Below are positions 52,309 through 64,000 of a stretch of 64,000 nucleotides of DNA, in pieces (within the stretch, counting starts at the first letter, position 1; each line of letters starts with the position of its first letter). The translations under genes were made by a program, and so were the position numbers. Origin of the DNA: Octopus sinensis (Eukaryota); NCBI RefSeq assembly GCF_006345805.1, contig NC_043013.1, forward strand, positions 17,236,001 through 17,300,000. Direction: 5' to 3'. The notes beneath the pieces were generated by a model. It was not told where the DNA came from, made no database searches, and was given only the letters and a program-made list of their open reading frames with translations.

Positions 52309-53475
52309 GACATGCGCTGCTTCATTATTTTTTTAATTGCATTTTCTTTTTTTCAAATAAAGTGAACATATGAAAATGGCATCTATGAAAGAAAAAAGCA
52401 CTGTGTGTTTTGTGGCTTCATGAAACTAAGTTGGCAATTACTGTTCAATGAAATTTTAGAAAAGAATACAGCCAAAATCCCTCCAGGTGTTAAAAGCATC
52501 AAGAACTGGTATAACAAATTCAAAGACACTGGTAGTGTTGGTGACCTTAAAAGAAGTGACAGGCCATGATCAGGTGAAGAGATTGTTGATGCTGTGCACA
52601 CTACTTTCTAGGAAACCAACTCACAGAGCTTCAAGAGAACTAGGAGTGCCATTTTCAAGATTTTGCCTGAAACTGTATGCTTACAAAGTGCAAATCATCC
52701 AATCTTTGCAACCAAACGATCTTTCTAAATTTGCTGCTTTTGCTGAAGAAATTCTTAACAGAATCAATATGAACAATGACTATCTTCAACATGTTGCGTT
52801 TTCTGACAAGACAACTTTTTACGTATCAGGGAAAGTTAAACACAATGTAAGGATATGGGGATCAGAGAACCCACACATTGTTGTAGAACACAAAATAGAC
52901 AGCTGTAAGATTAATGTTTGGTGCTGCCTAATACATGACAGGATCATGTGACCTTTCTTTTTTGCTGAGTCTACCATTTCAGCAAATGTTTACCTAGATA
53001 TGCTGGAACCTTATGCTGTACCCCAGCTAGAGGAATTTCAGCTATCCATAATTTTCCATCTACCAATTTTTGAATAAAACTTTTCCAAATAGGTGGATTG
53101 GGTGAACATGGAGGCCAACACCATGGCCTCCATGTTCACCAGACATTACCCCACTAGACTTCTTGTTTTGGTGGGTATCTGAAGAACAAAGTGTACAGGG
53201 CACCAGTTCACAATCTTCAGTCTCTAAAGGCCAGGATTGCTGAAGCAATCTCATCAGTAACAACTGATATACCTCAGAACACATGGCATGAAATTGAATG
53301 TCAATTAGATGTACTCTGAACCAGAAAGGGGGTGTTGAAGTTCAGTGAATTTCATTTTATGTGAATAAAAACTTCTAGGTAGATGTCGTAAATGTACCAA
53401 AAACTGTTTTTGTATCTTGAAAAATTTTTGTTCAATAAAGGTTTATAATCAGGGAAAGACTTTGTAATCACCCTG
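52196..53475 (+). mobile_element. Near-full-length (1280 bp) Tc1/mariner element with pseudogenised transposase
   Basis: TA|CAGGGTGATTATAAAGTC ... GACTTTGTAATCACCCTG inverted ends; ATG at about 52375; VAFSDKTTF.VSGKV.KHNVRIWGSENPH, INVWC, YLDML, WPPCSPDITPLDF motifs with stops and frameshifts. Confidence 0.92.
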
Positions 53476-55104
53476 TGTATATATATGAGAGAGAGAGAGA
53501 GAGATGTATATACATAAATGGAGAGATATCATTATATCATATATATATATATCATTATATCATATATATATATATCATTATATTTACTTGAAGGGACATG
53601 AAACAAATTATTTGTAACAATAGAACATGGAATTTCTAAATTCTTGTTGGATATACATGCATTGATGCATGCATATATCCACACACACACATACAAAATA
53701 GTTGGTAATAAAAAGTACATCCAGCTATAGAAACCAAACCAAAATTGAAATGTTCAGTACTGAGATATAGTCCTAAACATGTTCAGAAATTATGTAACCC
53801 AGAATAAGAACAGACATGGAGTGTGGCAAGCTAGCCAACCCATGCCAAAAAAACCCTCTCTTATGGTAAAAGGAGTCAAAACATATCTGCCCCTGGCTTC
53901 TCCCTATCAGATTCCCAGACAGCTGTTTCTGGCTCTTTAGCTTTCCTCAATGGGAAATACAGAAGAGAGATAACTCTGAGCAGATTAAAGCCATAGTTTT
54001 AACCAAAAAAAAACAAAAAAAAGTCAACAGTAGTGACTGAGTTGTACTATTCAACCGTCTGGTTGGGAGAAATATAACAGCAATGGCTTTGATCTGATCA
54101 AGGTTATCTCTCTAGGTATTTCCCACTAAAGAAGAAGAAAGCCAGAAATGGCTGTCTGAGAATCTGATAGGGGGAAGCACGGGGCAGATATGGTGTTTTT
54201 ACACTTTTTACCATAAGCGTATTTTAACTAACCTAAAGTTTGTTTATTCCTAAACACTGCTTGTCATTCACACACACTCACACCACAAAGGCATATAAAA
54301 TATGTATATATGTACATATGTATGTATGTATGTATGTACGTATGTACGTATGTATGTACGTATGTATGTACGTATGTACGTATGTATGTATGTATGTATA
54401 TATGTATGCATGCATGCATGCATGCATGTATGTATGTATGTATGTACATACGTATGTATATGCACATAAGTGTATATGCACATAAGTGAGTGAACAAATG
54501 AACGGAAGTAGCACTCAACACATATAACTGGAGTAGTATTTATTGTTTCCGAATTTCTGAGGAGATAGATCTCCTTTCACGTCCACAGAGGAGGTAAGTA
54601 GTTAGTCAACCAGTGCGTGTGTGTGCACACGCCCCCTCGTTTGAGATATACATACATACTCATCAATACTAAAGTGAAACATGTATATCAGCTGATTCTG
54701 GACTGTTACATGGCAATTTCCCCAGATGCCTGGTCATTTCATTAGGCAGAATAAATGGAATTTGGTGAGGAAACTCCAGAATAAAAGTCAACTGGATCAG
54801 CCAAAATATATGAGAAATTCAAAGTAGTGATGGAGCAAACCATCAACTTTGAAAGAATAAATAATCAAGGCATATATAGGATTTGTTTTCTCCTATTGCA
54901 CCACCCAGATGTACAGACACACACACACACACAAACACACAGTCATTATTATCATTGCTGCCACCATCATATTAACATCCACATAGTGGCCAGACAAAAT
55001 TTGTTGGGGCAGATTTTCTATGGCCAGAAGCTCTTCCTGTCACCAACTATCACCCGTTTCCAAGATAATATTTCCAATAGTCCTTTAGATTAGTCCCATC
55101 AGTT

Positions 55105-56310
55105 ACTCTGAGAATTTTACTTCTGCAGGCAAGAAGCGGAATAACAGGTGAGATTGAAATTGAACAGTTTGGTTTTGTGAAGGGTACTGGTATTAGGAAT
55201 TCTATTTTCATATTGAGAATGATAACAGAAAGGACAGTGGAGATGCAAAAAACACCTTCACGTGTTTCATAGATTACATAAAGGCATTCAACAAAGTAAT
55301 ATGACAGGTTATTTGAAGAACTCAATAACCTTGATCTGTATGGGAGAGACCTCTGGATTTTGCAAAGCCTGTACAGGAACCAATCAGCATGCATAAAGGT
55401 GAACGGAATATGCAATGAATACACTAGCATTAGGAGAGGGGTTAGACAAGGATGTGTTATGTCACCAGATCTCTTCAATTACTGTAGCAAATTGATCATA
55501 AGAGAACTGGAGATCATTAAGCCGGTATCATCTTTCAACTACTTTAGAATTTTGATCACAGAAGATGCAAATGTGTGAAGATCAAAAGACAAAACAACAC
55601 AGACAAAATCTGCATTCCCCAAATTGTATAACGTCTTGAGAAACTGTACTCTGAGTATCAAGACCAAGACCCATATATTGAACTGCTATGTCTACCCTGT
55701 GTTAATGCCTGGAAGTGAGACATGGTCTATGGCCGCATGCAACCCACAGACTGCTTGATACTTTGTTGAAGTATAGTGTTTAATTTCAAAATAAAATTGT
55801 GTGTGTAAAACATTTGCTTCAAATTAAATTTAAAATTTTATAAGTGGCAATAAAGCAATAGCCCACCATTTTATAATTAACAAATGAAAAGTATGAAAAA
55901 TTCTGGATTTTGTAATTTGATTATTTGACTATTAGTGCATAAAGTATACAAGCAGCCCTCAAAAAAACTTTCTGCAGTTAAAGTGGCCTGCAATGTAATT
56001 CGAGTTGGCTAGGCCTGGTTTATACCATCAGAAATAAGGTGCTGCAAGAGCTGTGAAATATGTTTCTTAAGGAGAATACTGAAGATAGCATAAAGAGTCT
56101 AATGAACACGTGATGACCCAGACTGCAGTAAATAGGAAACTGTTTCATGAGGTAAGGGCCAAGCAACTGAGATTTCTTGGTGAATTTAGCAATGAGTGAA
56201 TTTAGTGATGAGCCTGGAAAATCTAGTGATGAGTGGAAGGATTGAAGGAAAAAGAAGCAGAGGAAGGAGAATGATGACAAGGATGTCTAGCTTAAGAAAC
56301 AGGTTGGAAG
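55105..56310 (+). mobile_element. RTE/BovB-like LINE RT and C-terminal remnant, interrupted by an insertion
   Basis: EQFGFVKGTGIRNSIFILRMITER, CFIDYIKAFNKV, SIRRGVRQGCVMSPDLFN, LENLVMSGRIEGKRSRGR. Confidence 0.85.
55728..56016. mobile_element. Possible hAT-derived MITE remnant nested in the RTE copy
   Basis: GGCCGCATGCAACCC near the left end and GTTGGCTAGGCCTG at the right end resemble hAT/Charlie termini; it interrupts LINE coding collinearity. Confidence 0.4.
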
Positions 56311-57857
56311 AAATTGACCCCTGTACATATATTTTTTTGAGCCTGGTACTTATTATATTAAAGGCGGCGAGCAGGCAGAAATGTTAGCAGGCTGGGCGAA
56401 ATGCTTAGCAGTATTTCGTCTGCCGCTATGTTCTGAGTTCAAATTCTGCCGAGGTCAACTTTGCCTTTCATCCTTTCAGGGTCGATTAAATAAGTACCAG
56501 TTACGCACTGGGGTCGATATAACCGACTTAATCCGTTTGTCTGTCCTTGTTTGTCCTCTCTGTGTTTAGCCCCTTGTGGGTAGTAAAGAAATAGGTATTT
56601 CATCTGCCGCTACATTCTGGACTAATTAATCAACAGGAAGGAACTTGTGAAATTATTTAACTGTAAGACAAGATAGACATAGCATGGACTTCATGGACAT
56701 GTGTGGATCATTTAGTAACATATTTAATATAACAATATTGATGTAGTATTTAACATCGTTTATGTTGGTCCAAAGATCAAATCACACCAGCTGGCTCAGC
56801 CGTACTCGACAAGTTTACAAGGGAAACACAAAGTTGTTTGATTTAAAACAAATAGCATTGAATATCCCTCAAATTACACAGTGCCATATAAAATATGGAA
56901 AAGAGACAACAGATAGTACAGACCTGCATACCTTAGAAAGGCCAATAGCCATGGCTGGGATGCCTGTTATATTTGCTCAATGAGAACTAACCAAAGACTA
57001 AACAACACTTCAGTAACTTGCAAGGGAGCCTCTATACAGTAACTCCTCTTGATAAAAATGGTAACCAAATATCACTAAATTCACATCCTAACATCTTAAA
57101 AAAAAAAAAACAGAAGGATACATTGGATTATGTACTAGATACATTATGTCTGAAAAAAATAAAGCAGGATTGACATGGTTGGAATACAACAGGTCAGCTT
57201 TGATTGAGCAAACGTGGGGGGGGTAAGAAAAAATATACAGTGTCAAAATGAGAGAGAGAAAACGCATTAGATTCAAAACTTCAATGAGAAAAAACCCAGC
57301 TGGCAAGTGTAATATTTTGGTTATTTCACACAGAGTCTCACTGCTAGCAGAGTTGATAAAATGCTGACATGGAAGCCACGGGATGTATAGTTCCGATCCC
57401 ATCATTGGCACTGCATTGTTTCAACAGCATGTGTAAACAAGAAAAAGAAAAAAAACAATTGCAACACTGACCATTATTAGGCCAAAACCAAGTGATGGAT
57501 GGTGTCCATTCTGCAATGTAGAAGTGAAATTCCAAGCAAATGTAGCGAACTACATTGTGATCTGAACAGTTCTGAGTTCAAATCCACAATAGGAATGAAT
57601 GTCTGTTGTGTGTTTGGAGCAGTAAATACTTTTAATTCCCTGAACATAATAATATATTAGTACATCAACATCGTCATATGATATCCACTTTCCCATGCTT
57701 GCATGGATTTGATGGAGTTTATTAAGGCAGATTTTTGCATGGTCAGATGCCATTACTGTTGCTAACCCTTAACAGTTTCCAAGCAAAGTAATATTTCCCC
57801 ATTGCCAGACATGTCTGTACAGAATATTGGAAACAAATAACACTGCCTGACAGTAAT

Positions 57858-58420
57858 AATCATCATCATCATCATCGTTTAGCATCCACTTTCCATGCTA
57901 GCATGGGTTGGACGATTTTGACTGAGGGCTGGCGAACCAGATGGCTGCACCAGGCTCCAATCTTGATTTGGCAGAGTTTCTACAGCTGGATGCCCTTCCT
58001 AATGCCAAACCACTCTGAGAGTGTAGTGGGTGCTTTTTACGTGTCACCAGCATGGGGGCCAGTCAGGTGGTACTGGCAACGACCTCGCTTGAATCTTTTA
58101 CACATGCCACCAGCACAGGTGCCAGTAAGGCAATGCTGGTAACAATCACGCTCAAATGGTGCCCTTTTACGTGCCAGTTGGTTACTCTGGCAATGATCGC
58201 GTTCGGATGGTGCTCTTGGCACCCTACTAGCACGGGCACAAGTGCCAGTAAGGCGACGCTGGTAACAATCACACTCAAATGGTGCCTTTTATGTGCCACT
58301 GGCACAGAAGCTGGTTAGCCGCTCTGTCAATGATCATGCTCGTATGGTGCTCTTTGCACCCTGTTAGTATGGATGCCAGTCATATGTGATTTTGATTTCA
58401 CTTGCCTCAACAGGTCTTTG
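57858..58420 (-). mobile_element. RTE-associated 3'-tail repeat with internally duplicated modules
   Basis: Family tail plus two near-identical blocks GTGCCAGTAAGGC..GCTGGTAACAATCAC.CTCAAATGGTGCC. Confidence 0.8.
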
Positions 58421-60565
58421 CCTAGACAAGGAGATATAAAGCACACACACATGATTGGCTTCTTTTAGATTTTATCCACCAAATCCATTGGAAAGCAAAA
58501 TTCTTAACCACAAAGTTTCATCTGTGCCTTTGAAAGAACAGGCAACAAGCCATTTGGGGGTTTAACCTACCTGGTTTATTCCACCCACAACCTACTGGTG
58601 CCAGTAACAGAGCATTCTTTATGAAAAAGAGTAACACTCCACTTAGACTGGAAAATAAAATAAGTACAAGGGATTTTCAGTGCCACACTGCACACCTATG
58701 TAACCAAGAAAGCCTTTATGTAAGCACACAAATTGCTAAAAATAGCAGCAAATTTCCAGTAGATTATATCCTACTGGTTTAAAAAAAGAACACTAGAGAA
58801 TGTAGTCTTTATTATGCAAAAGAACAGGATACTCATAGCTGGAATGCCTTTGCTCACAACAACCAAACACTGTACAGTTATGGCTGTTTATGACGAAATT
58901 CTTATTATCTAACCTACATTCTAGCCATGGCCACCCTGTCTTATTTTTCTCATATTACATTAAAGTATGTAACTAGTAGAGGCTATTGGTGCACAACAAA
59001 TGTCCTCCACCCTACATTCTCAGTCATCAGCATACTTGGTTTCCACTAATTTAATTTATTTTTTGTTACTTAACCACCTCCTCAGGCCATCTAATACCCC
59101 TTTGAGAAGTGACCTGTCTATGCAGAACCGCATTCCCTTGAGGTAGGAGTAACCTGTTGTTGTACTATATGACCAAAACCACTTCATTTCCTGCATTTAA
59201 TAAGTCGCAAAAGTGTTTTGTGCTGTAGTCTTCTTTATAAGACAGTTAGCCAATATTTGTGTTCATGTAGTAGGCACCTTGTCTAATTGTAAACAAGAGC
59301 CACTGTTTGTACAAGCAGTTATGTGTTTGCAATCTTGCATGAAAAACATGCCTGGACTAGACTAAAATATTACCTTGCTTTGAAACAGGTGAAGGTTGGG
59401 GACAGGAACAGTATCTTGCTTTAGAAAATTTACCGTAACAAATTTCTGCTGACCTATGCAAGCATTGAAAAGTTAATATTAAAATGATGGTAAATTTTGA
59501 GGAAGATGTGGCTGTTCTTTCTAGCAGATTGAGCACCATGTAGAGACTTACTCAGCATATCAGGAGATGTAAGTCTGAGGATTGCCACCAATTGTTTGGG
59601 CAACTACCAACAAATCACAGATCTGTTCACCCTGCATTAACCTAGGGCTGAACAACAACAATCATTACATGGTAGAGTGTGCCACATGGGTCACCCTGGA
59701 ATCGATTAAAGTAGGGCATATCTGGAATACAACACCAAAACATATGTAACGAGCTTTCTCCATATCAGCAACAACATCATTAAGATCAACATCAACAGTT
59801 GTGGTTAATTAATTATCAAATATCAATCTTCATAATTAAATAAATCTTCATTTGCCTCATTAAATGATTAAATAATTAGGTGGAAACTAGAAGGATGTTA
59901 CTGCAACCACCACCACCACCACTAAAAAATTAGAGGAATATTAATTACTGCTATCGCGGTTATTATTTATCATCATCACTATCATCAAGAGGGTGAGCTG
60001 GCAGAATCGTTAGCAAGTTAGACAAAATGTTTAGCAACATTTCTTCCGGAACATTATGTTCTAAGTTCAAATGCCACAGAAGTCAACTTTGCTTTTCATC
60101 CTTTCAGGATTTGATAAAGGGGGTACCAACTGAGCGCTGGGGGTCAATGTTACCAACTAACACCTTCTCCTTAAAATGGTTGGCCTTATACTGAAATTAA
60201 AAAGAAATATTATCATTAGTACTTCCACCCATTAATATTAAACCCAATATGACTCAGCCAAATGATGGAGCTTCTATACAGTCATTCAATCTGCTAGAAA
60301 TAGCAGCTAAATTTCCCTTAAAATTACATCCTAGCGTCTTACAGGACATATTCAGTTATGTGGTCCTAGCTTTCCCTGCACATAGGACAAAAAGACAGGT
60401 TAGTGATGAGTGAAATGCTTTCTATCATGCTCATCAGGGCTAAACAACTACCACCACCAAAGAGTTAGCATAACCAACACAAGTATTGCTGCAGCTGCTC
60501 TACCACCACCACCACCACCGCCACCGCCACTGAATCACAGGAGTGGAGTATATTGTTTGTTTTAA

Positions 60566-60784
60566 CCCTTTTGTTACTGTATTCATTTTCAGATGCTCTA
60601 TTTTTCTTCCAATTATTTTAAATATAACAAAGAATTTAGTAAAATAACATCGTTATAATTAAGCTAGTTTTAGGAACATAAATTGTGACTAAGGTTTGGT
60701 GGAAGATTTTAATTCAGAACTTTCAAAAACCAGACATTTGTACTAGAGCCAGAGCCGGTCTCAGTCGGGTTGGTAACAAAAGGG
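60566..60784. mobile_element. piggyBac-type MITE
   Basis: TTAA|CCCTTTTGTTAC ... GTAACAAAAGGG|TTAA: perfect 12-bp TIR with TTAA target duplication. Confidence 0.85.
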
Positions 60785-61467
60785 TTAAGGACTGAAAATC
60801 ACTAGCATCAAATCTTCAGAGAAAAGAATAGGAGGGGAGTGAGAATATATATATATACACACACACACACATATAAATACATATGTATAGATATATACAT
60901 ATCTGTATACACATATATCTAGTATATGTGACTGAGACAGCATTTAATTAAAATACCCATATGCAGGGGTGCTGAAAGGTTCCTGGCTTTAAGGGTATTG
61001 TGAAAGGTCTGGTTGGAGGCCCAACAATCCAAGTTCTTTTACAGGGCTTAGAAAACCTAAAGTGTATAAATCTGAGAGGGGAATATGTTGAATAGAACCA
61101 TAATTAACTGATCCTCCTGTATTTTCTTTTACCCAAAGCCAGGAACTCTTGCAGCACCTCCTCGTATGTAGCATGCCCATTAAAATTCAGATTACTCTGT
61201 TAAATGTAATGCTTATTTCTTCACATTGTTTTGTCTTAATCATGACTTATCTTGTAGCTTCAAGATTTTGATGGCTTGTAGTTTTATTTTTAGAATGATG
61301 TTGTAGAGTAGGTGTGAAGGCCATATCTGACCACTTTGAATATAAAGCAGGTAGAATATTTTGGCCGGATATAACTGGATTAAATGCCAAAGGGTTAATA
61401 TATGCACATTATCAATAGGCCAGTTGCTGCAATATTTGTTCTAAGGTAATATCTCTTACAAGTGGAG

Positions 61468-61715
61468 ATGCGTGGTTTAGTGGTTAGGGTGTCGGTATCA
61501 TGATCGTAAGATTGTGGTTTCGATTCCTGGACTGGGCGATGCGTTGTGTTCTTGAGCAAAACACTTCATTTCACGTTGATCCAGTCCACTCAGCTGGCAA
61601 AAATGAGTAACACTGCAATGGACTGGCATCCCGTCCAGCTGGGGAAAACATATGCCATAGAAACTGGGAAACCGGGCCCATGAGCCTGGCTAGGCTTTAA
61701 AAGAGTGCATCTATT
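61468..61715 (+). mobile_element. tRNA-headed SINE of a second family (related minus copy at about 46090-46310)
   Basis: A box TGGTTTAGTGG, B box GTTTCGATTCC, TTGAGCAAAACACTT, GGACTGGCATCCCGTCCAG, (TTTA)n tail. Confidence 0.75.
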
Positions 61716-63183
61716 TATTTAATATCTCTTACAGATTTGCTGAGTTAAAAATCACAATAAATATCAGGGACTATGTGACACTAAAAAGGCAGGAAAAATC
61801 CTCAAAAGACCAAAATGCATCTGGCACTATCACTGGCCACTGCTGGGATGAATTTTTATCTCTCTCTGATATTTACTGTTTCTAACATCACAAGTCCATG
61901 AGAGATGTTACCTCAAGACAAACACTGTTGTAACTGGCTAATCAACAATGTGTATATAATTAAGTATGCTGGCTATGTGATAAAGAGTTTGCTTCCCAAC
62001 TACATGGTTCCAGGGTCAGTCCCACTGCATAGCACCTTGGGCAAGGGTCTTTGGTAGACAGAAACTGAAAGAAGCCCATCACACTCGTGCGCACGTGCAT
62101 GCACACACACGTCTTTGCATGTGTGTCTTAGTGTCTGTATTTGCCCACCACCACCACCACCACTTGATAACCAATGTTGGTGTATTTATGACTTGATATA
62201 TGCATTCATTTTTCTAAAGGCAGCGAGCTGGCAGAAACGTTAGCATACCGGGCGAAATGCATAGCCATATTTCATCTGCCGTTACGTTCTGAGTTCAAAT
62301 TCCGCCGAGGTCGACTTTGCCTTTCATCATTTCGGGGTCGATAAATTAAGTACCAGTTAGACACTGGGGTCGATGTAATCGACTTAATCCCTTTGTTTGT
62401 CCACTCTATGTTTAGCCCCTTGTGGGTAGTAAAGAAATAGATATATGCATTCATTTTTCTATAAGAAATGGATAACCATAAAATAATGATAACAATGATA
62501 ACAGTAAGAAGAAACAAAATGAAATGAAAAACAATTTTTGATAGCAAATAGCAATTAATTTTTTCCATCTTGATATCTTGTGTTAATATGTGTAGCATTT
62601 TACTGTAAGCAGTTGGCATTCTATCTAATCTCTCTATATAATATAGAAGTGTGTGTACGGGCATGCATACCAGTATAGCAGGGAGGACAGAGAAATAGAG
62701 AGAGAAAGAGAGAGAGAGAGTCTGAAGTACTACAAGGCCATGTGTGAAAGTGTGAGCAGAGTGTGTGTGAATGAGTGAGTGGAACACACACTAGCAGCTA
62801 TTAAATGAAACTGCAAACTATACAAAAAGACAGTGGTACTCTTAGAAGTTTGGTCGTTGACCTTTGTGAAAATAATTGGCTTCACTGTGAACACTGGTCT
62901 CACTGCTTTCTTTCAACAAGGAAAGGGTGAGTAGTTTGCCTCCACAAGAGAAGACTTCTGCCTTCCATTGATAAGGAAGCACAGGAAGATTTCCTCTATC
63001 CATGAAAATCATTTCTCTGCTTTTCTTCAGTAAGAAAGGATGAATAATAATAGTCATATTAAAAGAAGATAATATTGTGAACACATTTACAAAAGACTGA
63101 CTATAAAGGCTTTTCCGCATTGGCTAAAAATTACCTTCTTCCAAATACCTTTTGAAGAAGAAGGTTAACATGAAAACTGAGCA

Positions 63184-63410
63184 AAGTACTGTTCTCTGGA
63201 AACAGGGTGAAGTACTTCCCATTGGAAAGTGGGTCAAGTACTTCCCTCTGGAAACTGAGTAAAGTACTGCCCTCTGGAAAGTGGGTGAAGTACTGCCCTC
63301 TGGAAAGTGGGTGAAGTGTTGCCCTCTGGAAACTGGGTGAAGTACTGCCCTCTGGAAACTGGGTGAAGTACTGCCCTCTGGAAACTGGATGAAATACAAA
63401 TTTCATCCAA
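63184..63410. repeat. 26-bp minisatellite, about 9 units
   Basis: Consensus AAGTACTGCCCTCTGGAAACTGGGTG; period 26 checked (63236, 63262); no spacers. Confidence 0.9.
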
Positions 63411-63584
63411 TCCATGCAAGCATAGAAAAGCACACATTAAAATGATGATGGCATTCAGGGATGGTCACAGATGGAAAACTGTAGCCGCAATGAAATTACT
63501 TTGTGGATGTGCATGAATCATAATTTTAGTTTATATGCATAAAAATTAAAATGAATCAGATTGTTTTTAAAATTTCTGGTTTAA

Positions 63585-63805
63585 CCCTTTAGTGTTCAGA
63601 TTATTCTGTCAAATGTGATATTTGTTTATTTATATTGCTTTGAATTAATCATGCATTATCTTGTAGTTTAGAGATTTCAATGATGTGATTTTTTTAGTTT
63701 TAGAATAACATGGCAGGGCTGAAGTGAGAAGCGAGATCTGGTCAGTTTCAATATAAAACAGGTTAAATATTTTGGCTGGATATGGCCGGTTTGAATGCTA
63801 AAGGG
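63585..63805. mobile_element. piggyBac-type MITE, second family (decayed copies near 5900-6059, 43905-44160, 61180-61398)
   Basis: TTAA|CCCTTTAGTGTTCA ... TGAATGCTAAAGGG|TTAA. Confidence 0.85.
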
Positions 63806-64000
63806 TTAACTTTGAGAAGTCCAAAATAGGTTTGGCCTGTAAAGTGGAATTAGGGTACTCTCCATACTGGTAATGATGCTAATAGTGGTAATAATTGCTT
63901 TTCTTTTAGACACAAGGCCAGTCATTTTGAGGGCAGAGGTGAGCTGATAACACTGACCCCAGTATTTGACTGCTACTTTAACTTATCAACCCTGAAAGGA

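Noticed and set aside
63124-63437. CRISPR-like array and three overlapping repetitive ORFs
   Set aside because: Units are contiguous with no unique spacers; eukaryotic intron, no cas genes. The ORFs are by-products of the repeat.

Overview
AT-rich, microsatellite-dense and SINE-dense animal genomic DNA. The repeat content and gene structure suggest an octopod cephalopod; this is inference and was not database-checked. Two convergent spliced genes can be reconstructed with GT-AG introns and consistent phases. (1) The 3' part of PIK3C3/Vps34 on the + strand: 11 exons from 1088 to the stop at 12690. (2) An activin/TGF-beta type II receptor (ACVR2-like) on the - strand: 5 exons from 51563 down to the stop at 40063; the signal-peptide exon was not found. 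Everything else is intronic or intergenic and filled with tRNA-headed SINEs, RTE, CR1/L2-type and R4-type LINE remnants, Tc1/mariner, piggyBac-type MITEs, Helitron-type ends, minisatellites and microsatellites. Best leads: minimal hammerhead-ribozyme motifs (palindromic ACGU stem III) in a tRNA-headed SINE (45115-45160) and in a second repeat (30503-30538); a 464-bp near-perfect palindrome and a head-to-head SINE pair next to ACVR2 exons (long dsRNA candidates); a roughly 1.85-kb extremely AT-rich, internally duplicated island with Helitron-type termini (16611-18464); and a GDDPRQD change in the normally GDDLRQD PI3K motif. No prokaryotic features or CRISPR arrays were seen.
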